64,000 bases of DNA, from NCBI GenBank assembly GCA_905203475.1, contig CAJKWD010000002.1:1658-65657 (forward strand). Reading direction: 5' to 3'. The position numbers and the translations under genes are program-made. Under the pieces are notes generated by a model. It made no database searches, had not been told where the DNA came from, and saw only the letters and a program-made list of their open reading frames with translations. This document shows positions 53,681-63,476 of this stretch, one piece after another (position 1 is the first letter of the stretch; each line of letters begins with the position of its first letter). This stretch comes from an uncultured Acholeplasmataceae bacterium (lineage in GTDB: Bacteria; Bacillota_I; Bacilli_A; RF39; UBA660).

Positions 53681-54096
53681 TGGATACAATCGTTGAAATT
53701 GATGGAAAAGTATACGATTTTACACCATATCATGAGGCAGAAGATATCCAAAATTATTATGGTTTTATAGGTCCTGATGGTAGCTTTTATCGCGTTAGAA
53801 GTAAAGATGTGGAAGATATCGATGGACCACATGATAGTTGGGCTAAGGAATATATGAGATATTATCATTTAGACAATGACTTTGAAAACTTAACTTCTTC
53901 TAGAACCTTAGTAAAGCAATATGGATATATTTTATGTACTTATGCGAATCGCTATGATGATATCGTAGATCTATTTATTATTCCCGAAAGAGATGGCATT
54001 TTTACGATTGATCGATTAAAAAATACGCCAATTACCGAAGAACAATATCGTACTGCTCAGATAGTTGCAACAGATATTCACGCTCATAAAAGATAA
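53680..54096 (+). CDS. Hypothetical protein, translationally coupled to aspS
   Basis: TAATG overlap with the aspS stop codon. 138 aa. No recognised motif. Confidence 0.6.
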   Translation: MDTIVEIDGKVYDFTPYHEAEDIQNYYGFIGPDGSFYRVRSKDVEDIDGPHDSWAKEYMRYYHLDNDFENLTSSRTLVKQYGYILCTYANRYDDIVDLFIIPERDGIFTIDRLKNTPITEEQYRTAQIVATDIHAHKR

Positions 54097-54122
54097 AAAG
54101 AGAAATTTTTTCTCTTTTTTGT
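54096..54122 (+). terminator. Rho-independent terminator
   Basis: aaaagagaa-attt-ttctctttt followed by a T-run. Confidence 0.75.
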
Positions 54123-54161
54123 TTACTTTGTGTTATAATGCTATCAATAAGAGGTGGTCAT

Positions 54162-54854
54162 GTGATAAAGACAAAAAAACAGGGATTATTAATTGTACTG
54201 TCTGGTCCAAGTGGTTGTGGTAAAAATACAGTATGTAATGATTTAAAGAAACAGAATGCGAATGTATGGGAGTCAATTTCTATGACAAGTCGTGCAATTC
54301 GTCCGAATGAAGTAGACAAAAAAGATTATTATTTTGTTTCAAAAGAACAGTTTGAACAATATATTCAAGAAGGAAAAATGCTAGAATATGCATCTTTTGC
54401 TGGAAATTATTATGGAACTCCTAAAGAAGCTGTCCAAAAACAATTAGATCAAGGAAAAGATGTAATTTTAGTGATAGAAATACAGGGAGCATTACAAATT
54501 AAAGAAAAGGTTCCACAGGCATTATTTATTTTCTTACTTCCACCTAGTATGGGCGAATTACGCAAACGTTTAGAAAAAAGGAAAACAGAAAGTAAAGAAA
54601 AAATGATGGAACGCTTTCAGATTGCATATCAAGAAATTAACGAATTACCAAAATATAATTATGTCATTATCAATGATGATTATCACATTGCAGCAAATAA
54701 ATTAAATGCAATTATTACAGCTGAAAAGTGTCGTGTAGATCGTATTGAAGAGGTATATTTAAATACAGAAGAAGAAAAAATTCATGAAACGTTAGTACAG
54801 AAAGATTTAGAAAATATACCAATTGATATTATAAAAGAAGCTCCTAAAAAATAA
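54162..54854 (+). CDS. gmk: Guanylate kinase
   Basis: GPSGCGKNT P-loop, SMTSRAIRPNE, YYGT. GTG start after AGAGGTGG; the ATG at 54138 lies inside the TGtTATAAT -10 element. Confidence 0.9.
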   Translation: MIKTKKQGLLIVLSGPSGCGKNTVCNDLKKQNANVWESISMTSRAIRPNEVDKKDYYFVSKEQFEQYIQEGKMLEYASFAGNYYGTPKEAVQKQLDQGKDVILVIEIQGALQIKEKVPQALFIFLLPPSMGELRKRLEKRKTESKEKMMERFQIAYQEINELPKYNYVIINDDYHIAANKLNAIITAEKCRVDRIEEVYLNTEEEKIHETLVQKDLENIPIDIIKEAPKK

Positions 54855-54911
54855 CAACTACAAAATAGAAATTCTATGGTATAATAGGGATAGTTTTGGT
54901 GGGTGAGAGAC

Positions 54912-55937
54912 ATGTTTAAGAAGACAAAAAACATTTCAGAACGTGAGAGTGCGCTTGCAATCTTGCAAAATTATGCAACATTGGTTAGTCGCAAAAATCA
55001 TAAAAATCGTCTTTTCATTATCAAAGATATGATGAAATGTAAAAAAATATATGGTTGTAATTACGAAGAATATTACTATTATCGTTTTGATACATTAAAT
55101 GAGGCAGAAAGAAATACATATATTACTACTGAAAAAAATCAATTATTGGAAGAAGTATGGAATGAACATGCAGATCCTACTTTTTGGGAAAGAAAAACAA
55201 TGTTATACCAACAGTTTAAAAATGACATAAAAAGAGAATATTTATTATTAACTGGAGATAATTTAAAAGAATTTACTAAATTTTCAAAAAAAAATCCAGT
55301 ATTTATTGCTAAAACAGATATGAGAAATGAACCACATCAAATCAGAAGAGTAGTTTTAAATGAACATATGAAACCAGAAAAAGTTTATGAGAGCTTATTA
55401 GAAAAAAATTTAAATTTATTGGAGACAGAATTAACACAAAATGTAAAATTAAAAGAACTTTACCCTAAGAGTTTAAATACAATTCAATTTATTACTGTAA
55501 AAAATAAAGGGAAAGTACATATTACCAATGCAGTTCTTAAGATTGGGAATGGTAGTATTGTTAATAATTTGTACTATGGTGGAATGGTAGCTAAAATTGA
55601 TTTAAAAACGGGAATTGTTACAACTCCAGGTTTAGACTATCGTGACCATTGTTATGAAAAACACCCTTCCACAAAAACAAAAATTGTTGATTTTGAAATT
55701 CCTGATTTTGGAAAGTTGAAACAGTATGCATTGAATTTAGCACTCAAAATGAAAAATACAAACTATGTAGCTTGGGATATTGCTGTAACAGAAGAAGGGC
55801 CAGTATTAATGGATGCTTCGATCAAACCGACATGGTATCAATTTCCTGAGTTTATGGAACAGAAACAAGGAAAATTACCACAGATGGAATTATTACTTGG
55901 ACACAAGGTAGAAATTGCTGAAAAAAGATCGTCTTGA
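54912..55937 (+). CDS. ATP-grasp-like protein (sugar-transfer-associated ATP-grasp type)
   Basis: The C-terminal pattern NNLYYGGMVAKIDLKTGIV...HPSTKTKIVDFEIPDF...YVAWDIAVTEEGPVLMD resembles the ATPgrasp_ST family. GGTGA RBS. Confidence 0.5.
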   Translation: MFKKTKNISERESALAILQNYATLVSRKNHKNRLFIIKDMMKCKKIYGCNYEEYYYYRFDTLNEAERNTYITTEKNQLLEEVWNEHADPTFWERKTMLYQQFKNDIKREYLLLTGDNLKEFTKFSKKNPVFIAKTDMRNEPHQIRRVVLNEHMKPEKVYESLLEKNLNLLETELTQNVKLKELYPKSLNTIQFITVKNKGKVHITNAVLKIGNGSIVNNLYYGGMVAKIDLKTGIVTTPGLDYRDHCYEKHPSTKTKIVDFEIPDFGKLKQYALNLALKMKNTNYVAWDIAVTEEGPVLMDASIKPTWYQFPEFMEQKQGKLPQMELLLGHKVEIAEKRSS

Positions 55938-55946
55938 TCTTTTTTT
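55922..55946 (+). terminator. Rho-independent terminator
   Basis: aaaagatc-gtctt-gatctttt followed by a T-run, overlapping the stop codon. Confidence 0.65.
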
Positions 55947-56113
55947 GTGTGAAAATAGCTGTTTTGTGCATGAAATATAAAAAGTCGCATAAAATGAATG
56001 CGAAATTACTCATTCAAACAGCTTGCAATGTCTTTCATACAGTATCGATTTGACAAATAATTTATATGTGGTAAGATATTAAGGCTTTTCCAAAAAAGAA
56101 AGGGGTTAATATT

Positions 56114-57400
56114 ATGGAAGAAGGGTTAACATTGAATTATCAAGAATTAAATCATAGAAAAGAAAGATTACAAGAATTATTAGAATTAAACTATATTTAT
56201 CCAATTCATGATCGTCGTTTAATTCGTTTTTTATCATTATTGGATTGTCAGTTAAATCAAAAACAAGGTAGTCAACAAGAAGCATATCAAGCATACTATC
56301 AATTAAAGAATATCATGAAAAAATATGCATTAACAGGAAATCAAATAATCAGTGAAACGCAAATGTTGAAATCGAAATTTGCTAAAGAAAATAATATAAA
56401 ATTGACAGAATTAGAGCAATTATTTCAACAAGAAATGCACGTTTCAATTGATGATTTTATCGAAAATTATATGAAACGTTCTAACGATTTATATGAACGT
56501 TGGGGACTTACAAATATTCCAGTTCGTGAAGAAATTAAGAATCGTTATTCACTTACAAACACATCAGAGGTTCGTGACACATATTATTTCAAGAAAGATG
56601 ATGAATCTGAATATCGTGAAATTTATCACCCAATAGTGATGTCTTTTATTTCATATTTAGAGGATAAAAATGTAAAAAGACAAACACATGAAGATTATCA
56701 AAAAGTTCAGAAAATAAGTCAGGAATATCATATGAAGCCAACACCAAAGTTTGATGAAATTGATTTTTTAAGTCGTTATGTTGGATTTGAAAATCGTGAT
56801 GAATTAAATGCTTATTTTATGGCGGAAACAGATATTTCAATTGATTGTTTTATGAAGGAATATGTTGAAACAGGACAATTTGATTACGTAAGTATTTGGG
56901 GATTAGTGCAAAAGAAAAATCATCAAGTTGAAAATACTTACAAATTTATCCCTGCCGGAAATCAATCAAATACGATGAGTGCAAAAACACCATTATTCGA
57001 TTTTGTAGAACAAAAGAGAAATGAAAAAGAAGAAATCAAACCACATGTTACAAAAATTCAAGATTTTGAAATTACAACATATCCAGAGAACATTACAAAA
57101 CACTTTATAAATATTCCAACATTTGAACATCATGTAAATGAATTGTTAGAATTACAAGCATATGGTTTAAGCTACGATGAAATGAAGTTATATATTTATC
57201 AAAAGTTTTTAGCAAATGATGCTTTCTTATTAAAAACAAATAATTATTTAGAATTAGCACAAAAAGATATCTGGGCTTTAATATTCTTATATCAATGGCA
57301 ACAACAACATCTATTAGAACAACAAGAATTTAATGCTGAAAAGGCAACTTCATATAAAAAAGAAAATGAGAAAAGAAAAAGTTTTTACTTGCATAATTAA
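56114..57400 (+). CDS. Hypothetical 428-aa Gln/Glu-rich cytoplasmic protein with an internal duplication
   Basis: Own TTGACA promoter (56053-56058) and an AAAGGGG RBS. Repeats HVSIDDFIENYMKRSNDLYERWGL and DISIDCFMKEYVETGQFDYVSIWGL. Confidence 0.65.
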   Translation: MEEGLTLNYQELNHRKERLQELLELNYIYPIHDRRLIRFLSLLDCQLNQKQGSQQEAYQAYYQLKNIMKKYALTGNQIISETQMLKSKFAKENNIKLTELEQLFQQEMHVSIDDFIENYMKRSNDLYERWGLTNIPVREEIKNRYSLTNTSEVRDTYYFKKDDESEYREIYHPIVMSFISYLEDKNVKRQTHEDYQKVQKISQEYHMKPTPKFDEIDFLSRYVGFENRDELNAYFMAETDISIDCFMKEYVETGQFDYVSIWGLVQKKNHQVENTYKFIPAGNQSNTMSAKTPLFDFVEQKRNEKEEIKPHVTKIQDFEITTYPENITKHFINIPTFEHHVNELLELQAYGLSYDEMKLYIYQKFLANDAFLLKTNNYLELAQKDIWALIFLYQWQQQHLLEQQEFNAEKATSYKKENEKRKSFYLHN

Positions 57401-57499
57401 TGAATATTTCGTATAATATATATGTACTTATGACTTGGAAGAAAGAGTCTCCGACTTTTGTCTAGGTATAAGCGTATGATTTAGAAAGGAGAAAAGAAA

Positions 57500-57769
57500 A
57501 TGGCATTAACAAAAGAAAAGAAAGCAGAAATCGTAAGTAAATTTGCACAAAGTGAAAAAGATACTGGTTCTGCTGAAGTTCAAATTGCAATTTTAACAGA
57601 AGAAATCAAAGATTTAACAGAACATTTTAAAGTACATCCACATGATTATCATTCTAAAAGAGGACTTCTAAAAAAGGTTGGACAAAGACGTAGTTTATTA
57701 AATTATTTATTTAAAAACGATGTTACACGTTACCGTAAAATTGTAAAAGAACTAGGACTTAGAAAATAA
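57500..57769 (+). CDS. rpsO: 30S ribosomal protein S15
   Basis: [42 protein letters not shown]. Confidence 0.97.
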   Translation: MALTKEKKAEIVSKFAQSEKDTGSAEVQIAILTEEIKDLTEHFKVHPHDYHSKRGLLKKVGQRRSLLNYLFKNDVTRYRKIVKELGLRK

Positions 57770-57779
57770 TGATAACAGT

Positions 57780-57807
57780 AGGCACTATTTTTTAGTGTCT
57801 TTTTATT
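57780..57807 (+). terminator. rpsO-pnp intergenic hairpin (terminator/attenuator)
   Basis: aggcact-atttttt-agtgtct (one G:U pair) followed by TTTTaTT. Confidence 0.6.
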
Positions 57808-57821
57808 GTAATGGAGGATTT

Positions 57822-60002
57822 ATGAAGAGAGTATTTGAAAAAGAATTTTATGGAAAGAAAATTGTTGTAGAAAGTGGAGAACTTGCAAAACAAGCAAATG
57901 GTGCAGTATTAGTACGTTTTAATGATACAGCGATTCTAACAGCGGCAGTTATGAGTAAGAATGCATCTACAGCTGACTTTTTCCCACTAACTGTTTTATA
58001 TCAAGAAAAATTATATTCTGTAGGAAAAATTCCTGGAGGATTTATCAAAAGAGAGGGTAGACCTACAGAAAATGCAACATTGACAGCACGTTTAATCGAC
58101 CGCCCAATTAGACCATTATTTGACGATGGTTTTCGTAATGAAGTGCAAGTTGTCAATACTGTATTAAGTGTAGATCAAGATGCTTCTCCAGAAATGAGTG
58201 CATTGCTTGGTTCCTCTCTAGCACTATTAATTAGCGATATTCCATTTACAACACCTGTAGCTGGTGTGGTTGTTGGTAGAATAGATGGAAAGTTTGTAAT
58301 TAATCCTACACCAGAGGAATTAGAACATAGTGATATTCATTTAACAGTAGCAGGAACAAAAGAAGCTATTAATATGGTGGAATCTGGTAGTAAAGAAGTA
58401 AGTGAAGAAGCAATGGTAGATGCTATGATGTTTGGACATGCAGCAATCAAAGAATTAATTGCTTTTGAAGAAGAAATTGTCAAAGAAATTGGAAAAGAAA
58501 AAATTGAAGTAGAATTAAAGACTGTGGATGTAGAACTAGAAAAAGAAGTGAATGAATATGCTTATGAAGATATGAAAAAAGCAATTCAAGTAGTAGAAAA
58601 ATTAGCTCGTGCTGAAGCAGTAGAGGCAGTAAAAGAAAAGACAATAGCTCATTTCGAAGAATTGTATAAAGATAATGAAGAATTAGAAAGCCTTTTAAAA
58701 GATGTTTCTAGTACGCTAGATCACATGGAAGCAACGGAAGTAAGAAGATTGATTATCGAAGATAAAGTACGTCCAGATGGCCGTAAAATTGATGAGATAA
58801 GACCTCTATCTGCTAGTATTGATCTACTTGCCAGAACACATGGTTCTGCATTATTCACACGCGGACAAACGCAAGCTCTAGCTGTTACTACATTAGGAGC
58901 TTTAGGAGAACATCAAATACTAGATGGATTAGAATTAGAAGATGAAAAAAGATTTATGTTACACTATAACTTTCCACAATTTAGTGTTGGAGAAACGGGT
59001 AGATATGGTTCTCCTGGAAGACGTGAAATTGGACATGGGGCACTTGGAGAAAGAGCGCTTTCACAGGTAATTCCATCAGAAGAAGAATTCCCATATACCA
59101 TTCGTGTTGTATCAGAAATCTTAGAAAGTAATGGTTCTTCTAGTCAGGCAAGTATTTGTGCTGGATGTTTATCACTCATGGCAGCAGGAGTACCAATTAA
59201 AGCCCCAGTTGCTGGAATTGCTATGGGTTTAATCACTGATAAAGACGAGAAAAATTATACTATTTTAACTGATATTCAAGGTTTAGAAGATCATATGGGA
59301 GATATGGATTTCAAAGTAGCTGGTACAAGAAATGGTATCTGTGCATTACAAATGGATATTAAAATTAAAGGAGTTACCAAGGAAATCTTATCGGAAGCTT
59401 TAGCTCAAGCGAAAAAAGCAAGAATGCAAATACTAGATTTAATGGAATCAGTTATTCCAGAACCTAGAAAAGAAGTTAGTAAATATGCGCCTAAGATTTG
59501 TGATTTCTATATTTTACCAGAACAAATTAAAGATGTAATCGGGCGCGGTGGAGATGTTATTACAAAAATTATTCAAGATGCCAGCCATGTGGTCAGTGTC
59601 AATGATAGAAACGCAGTTAAAATCGATTTAGAAGATGATGGACATGTTTTAATTTATCACCATGATCAGGAAATTATCGATAAAGCGAAAGAAATGATTT
59701 TAAATATTACAAGAGTTCCGGAAGAAAATAAAATTTATACTGCTAAAGTTGTAAAAGTAGAAGATTTTGGATGTTTTGTAGAATTATGGCCAGGCTGTGA
59801 AGGTATGGTTCACGTATCAAAACTAGATAGAAAACACATTGATAAAGCAGGAGATGTCGTAAAAGTCGGAGATGAAATTATGGTGAAATATATCGGTAAA
59901 GATAAAAAAGGAAGACATAATTTCTCTAGAAGAGATGCAATGAAGGAACTATCAAAAGAAGAAAAAAAAGATAAGAAAAAAGAAGAAAAGAGTGAAGATT
60001 AA
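57822..60002 (+). CDS. pnp: Polyribonucleotide nucleotidyltransferase (PNPase)
   Basis: Two RNase PH domains ([27 protein letters not shown]), KH and S1 domains, and a Lys/Glu tail. GGAGG RBS. Confidence 0.97.
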   Translation: MKRVFEKEFYGKKIVVESGELAKQANGAVLVRFNDTAILTAAVMSKNASTADFFPLTVLYQEKLYSVGKIPGGFIKREGRPTENATLTARLIDRPIRPLFDDGFRNEVQVVNTVLSVDQDASPEMSALLGSSLALLISDIPFTTPVAGVVVGRIDGKFVINPTPEELEHSDIHLTVAGTKEAINMVESGSKEVSEEAMVDAMMFGHAAIKELIAFEEEIVKEIGKEKIEVELKTVDVELEKEVNEYAYEDMKKAIQVVEKLARAEAVEAVKEKTIAHFEELYKDNEELESLLKDVSSTLDHMEATEVRRLIIEDKVRPDGRKIDEIRPLSASIDLLARTHGSALFTRGQTQALAVTTLGALGEHQILDGLELEDEKRFMLHYNFPQFSVGETGRYGSPGRREIGHGALGERALSQVIPSEEEFPYTIRVVSEILESNGSSSQASICAGCLSLMAAGVPIKAPVAGIAMGLITDKDEKNYTILTDIQGLEDHMGDMDFKVAGTRNGICALQMDIKIKGVTKEILSEALAQAKKARMQILDLMESVIPEPRKEVSKYAPKICDFYILPEQIKDVIGRGGDVITKIIQDASHVVSVNDRNAVKIDLEDDGHVLIYHHDQEIIDKAKEMILNITRVPEENKIYTAKVVKVEDFGCFVELWPGCEGMVHVSKLDRKHIDKAGDVVKVGDEIMVKYIGKDKKGRHNFSRRDAMKELSKEEKKDKKKEEKSED

Positions 60003-60064
60003 TCTTGGCTCTTTTCTTTTATTCATGATATACTAAACATAAATAATAATAGAAAGGAAAAAAT

Positions 60065-60529
60065 ATGGCAAAACTATTAGATAACGTATTTCGCGCCAAT
60101 ACGGGAGCAATTATCATCAATGAACAGAAACAAGTATTAGTATTTGAAAGAAAACATATTTCTGGTGCTTGGCAATTTCCTCAAGGAGGAATAAATGAAC
60201 ACGAATTACCAATTAATACAATTTATCGTGAATTACAAGAAGAAACAGGAATTCAAAAAGAACAATTACAACTATTAGAAGAATATCCAGAATGGCTAAC
60301 ATATGAACTACCGAGCGAATATAGAAATGAAAAAACAGGAAGAGGCCAAACACAAAAATGGTTTTTATTTAGATGGAAGGGTGTTAATATTCCTTTTGAA
60401 CAAGCTACTGATAAAGAATTCAGACAATGGAAATGGATATATATGAAAGAATTATTAGAACTGATTCCAGAGTTTAGAAAGCCTGTATACCAGGCACTAT
60501 ATAATAAATGGAATTATTATATTTTATAA
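60065..60529 (+). CDS. NUDIX hydrolase, RppH/NudH-like
   Basis: WQFPQGGINEHELPINTIYRELQEETGI Nudix box with the RppH-like QFPQGG. Confidence 0.8.
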   Translation: MAKLLDNVFRANTGAIIINEQKQVLVFERKHISGAWQFPQGGINEHELPINTIYRELQEETGIQKEQLQLLEEYPEWLTYELPSEYRNEKTGRGQTQKWFLFRWKGVNIPFEQATDKEFRQWKWIYMKELLELIPEFRKPVYQALYNKWNYYIL

Positions 60530-60581
60530 ATTATACTAGTTATTTCTATTTATTTCAGTTATAATAAAATAGGTGACGTTT

Positions 60582-61526
60582 ATGATGTACTTACTTTATG
60601 GGAAAGAAGAACTTTTAATTCAAAAAAAAATAGAGCAAATAAAAAAAGAAAATCACTTACAAGATCTAGATATCAATGAATATCAAATGGATACAGTTTC
60701 TTTAAAAGAAGCCATTGACGATGCCGAAACAGTTTCTTTTTTTAACGATAAAAAAGCAGTTATATTAAACCAATGTTATTTCTTGACCACTGCTAATAAA
60801 AAAAGCACTTTAGAGCAACCAATTGAATTATTAGAAGCATATATTCAACATCCAAATCCAAGTACAATCTTTATCTGTATTGTCAATAGTGAAAAATTAG
60901 ATGAACGTAAAAAGGTTGTAAAAACATTAAAAAAAGAAGCAACAGTAGTAGAATGTAATCAAGTATCTAATATGAATCATTTTATTCGAGAATTATTTAA
61001 AAATTACTCTATATCCCAAGAAAATTTAAATTTATTTCAAAAGAGAGTAGGAAACCATTTAGAATTATTAGAACAGGAAGCAGAAAAATTAAAAATAGCA
61101 GCATTGGATGATAAGACAATTACTACTGAATTAATTGATGATTTAACAATTCAAACGATTGATTTAGATATTTTCTCATTAATAGAAGCAATTGTTAGTA
61201 AACGAAAAGAAAAAGCGATGACGATGTTAGATGAAATGATTAAAAGGGGAGAAGAGCCTATTATGATTTTAATTATGTTAGCTAATCAATTTCGTATTAT
61301 TTATCAAGCAAAAGAGTTGTATCAAAAAGGGTATACAGAAAAAAATATTGCTAGTATGTTAAATATTCATCCATATCGTATCAAAAAAGCATTAGAAAAA
61401 GGACGAATGTTTTCTAGTGATGTTCTTCTTACTTATTTAAAACAATTAGCAGAATTAGATTATCAAATAAAAAATGGAGAAATGAATAAACGATTAGGAT
61501 TAGAATTATTTCTTTTAGGACTATAA
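60582..61526 (+). CDS. holA: DNA polymerase III delta subunit
   Basis: N-terminal YLLYGKEELLI, its length, and C-terminal helical-domain features. AGGTGA RBS. Confidence 0.8.
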   Translation: MMYLLYGKEELLIQKKIEQIKKENHLQDLDINEYQMDTVSLKEAIDDAETVSFFNDKKAVILNQCYFLTTANKKSTLEQPIELLEAYIQHPNPSTIFICIVNSEKLDERKKVVKTLKKEATVVECNQVSNMNHFIRELFKNYSISQENLNLFQKRVGNHLELLEQEAEKLKIAALDDKTITTELIDDLTIQTIDLDIFSLIEAIVSKRKEKAMTMLDEMIKRGEEPIMILIMLANQFRIIYQAKELYQKGYTEKNIASMLNIHPYRIKKALEKGRMFSSDVLLTYLKQLAELDYQIKNGEMNKRLGLELFLLGL

Positions 61527-62447
61527 GAGATGAGATATTTCACTATTACCACAGTAAAAAGTATCAGTAAAGAGGGTTTTTCCCTCTTTTTTTAATACTA
61601 CATGAAATATATCCATACTACCTTCATGAATCGTATCTGTCATTTTACCTTCTTTAGGTGCATTTAAATGGTGTAATTGATTTTGTTTCCATATAATTGT
61701 TAATTCTTTGGTCCTCTTTTTGATATGAATCTGATATTGCTCGTTTTTGTATTTAAAGCTTGTTTTAGCTCCATTCCAAGTTGCAAAGACCTCTTGGTCT
61801 TTTTTTATCCTAAGTACGCAAATAAGACCATAAAAAGAAAAAATAGGGAAAGGTATATGAGCATAGGAACAAAAAATAGTACAATCTTTATGTTTCTTAG
61901 CGTGATGAGATTCTAACCATAAATACTCTTTTGGAAAACTACGACCATAATCTTTTTCAATATAACAAGTAGCTCCATCCATATCTATTTTTATATCATC
62001 AACAAATAACGTTCCTGTAACTTGACTACATAGTGAGATAATACCATGATTACACTGCATATTCTTAAAATAAGAAAAAGGCCCCATAATTGTAGGAGCA
62101 TACATACTTGTTTTTAACAAAGTAGGGGAATAGAGTTTTAAATTACCAATATAATGATGTTGAATCGTCTTCAAGTTCAATATAATTTGATTTTCTTTAA
62201 AACAATTATCTCCTATTTGAATAAAAGATTGAGATGGAAAACATACATGAGAGATAGAAAATTCAACGGTATCTGTAATTGACTCATTACTATCTAACAC
62301 TTGAATATACCCCTTTTTTTCTTCCGTAAAAGAAACACTTGCTATCCATACAAATATTCTCTTCTCATTTGGGGTTACTACTTTAAAATACCATCCTTCA
62401 AAATAAGGTTGTAAATCAAATGATCCTTGAAAATATTTTTGTTCCAT
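61521..62447 (-). CDS. Tocopherol-cyclase-like family protein
   Basis: The N-terminal YFEGWYFKV motif is typical of this family. GGTGA RBS upstream of ATG 62447; the longer ORF from 62513 would overlap gpsA. Confidence 0.5.
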   Translation of the reverse strand: MEQKYFQGSFDLQPYFEGWYFKVVTPNEKRIFVWIASVSFTEEKKGYIQVLDSNESITDTVEFSISHVCFPSQSFIQIGDNCFKENQIILNLKTIQHHYIGNLKLYSPTLLKTSMYAPTIMGPFSYFKNMQCNHGIISLCSQVTGTLFVDDIKIDMDGATCYIEKDYGRSFPKEYLWLESHHAKKHKDCTIFCSYAHIPFPIFSFYGLICVLRIKKDQEVFATWNGAKTSFKYKNEQYQIHIKKRTKELTIIWKQNQLHHLNAPKEGKMTDTIHEGSMDIFHVVLKKEGKTLFTDTFYCGNSEISHLL

Positions 62448-62499
62448 GTCTATCACCATCATTAGTATGAACAAAAAGAAAAAGAATAAAGTAAAAACC

Positions 62500-63468
62500 T
62501 TATTCTTTTTCAATTAAGAAATCTAATAATGCATCAGGTTCTTTTCTCTGATGTATAATGTCAGAAATTAAAGATACTACTGGCATTTCAACCTTATTTT
62601 GTTTCATAACTTGATTCATTCCATAAATTGTTGTTAATCCTTCTATTGTATGAGTATCCATATATTTTTTGATTTCCTCTTGATTCCCAATTCCAACCAT
62701 TCTTCCAAAGGAATAATTTCTACTTTTTTCACTCGTACAAGTAAGTAATAAATCGCCAAATCCAGCAAAAGAAAGAATTGTTTTCTTATCTCCCCCTAGA
62801 GAATAAATCATACTTTTAATATCGTGTAATGATTCAGTAATTAGCATAGCTTTGGTAGAAATCGGATATCCCATTCCATCTAACATTCCGCTTGCAATAG
62901 CAATCACATTTTTAATTGCTCCACAAATTTCTACTCCTAAGACATCTTTCGTTTTTCTTAATTTTAATCGCTTTCCTGCTAAAGCAGATTCAACAACATC
63001 CATTGTATGATAAGAAGTTGAAGCTAGAGATAAACCAACTGGAACATGGCTTGACAAGTCAATAGCAAAACTTGGTCCTGAAATTACAGCAATCTGTTCT
63101 GCTTTAACAAATTCTTTTATCTTATCACGGATAAATAAGCCATCTTCAGATATTCCTTTTGATGCAATTAAAACAATTTGATGGTCATAATATGTTTGAA
63201 ATTCATTTAAAATTCCATCTATATATTCTGTTGGAATTGCAATTACAATTATATCCTTATCGTCTATGGCTTCTTTCATATTTAATGTAAAACGAATATT
63301 ATTGGGAATGATTACTCCTGGTAATACTCTGGCATTCTCCCGTTTATTCATTAATTCTTCGTATTCTTTTTCTAACTTAGTCCACATGGTTATATCACTT
63401 GTATTTTCTAAAAAAGAAAGGGCAAGTGCTAAACCATATGCACCAGTACCTAATATTCCTACTTTCAT
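62500..63468 (-). CDS. gpsA: NAD(P)H-dependent glycerol-3-phosphate dehydrogenase
   Basis: MKVGILGTGAYGLALA Rossmann fold, SGPSFA, GAIKNVIAIASG. GGAGG RBS upstream of ATG 63468. Confidence 0.93.
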   Translation of the reverse strand: MKVGILGTGAYGLALALSFLENTSDITMWTKLEKEYEELMNKRENARVLPGVIIPNNIRFTLNMKEAIDDKDIIVIAIPTEYIDGILNEFQTYYDHQIVLIASKGISEDGLFIRDKIKEFVKAEQIAVISGPSFAIDLSSHVPVGLSLASTSYHTMDVVESALAGKRLKLRKTKDVLGVEICGAIKNVIAIASGMLDGMGYPISTKAMLITESLHDIKSMIYSLGGDKKTILSFAGFGDLLLTCTSEKSRNYSFGRMVGIGNQEEIKKYMDTHTIEGLTTIYGMNQVMKQNKVEMPVVSLISDIIHQRKEPDALLDFLIEKE

Positions 63469-63476
63469 AATACCTC

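Noticed and set aside
55950-56040. Nested inverted repeats (agctgttt...aaacagct and tcgcat...atgcga) after the ATP-grasp gene
   Set aside because: They lie downstream of that gene's terminator and upstream of the next promoter, so they are probably not transcribed. The stems are short and AT-rich, and no function can be supported.
57401-57499. rpsO 5' leader as an S15 autoregulatory structure
   Set aside because: Alternative gactt/gagtc pairings exist, but they are only 5 bp long. I cannot distinguish them from chance without covariation data.
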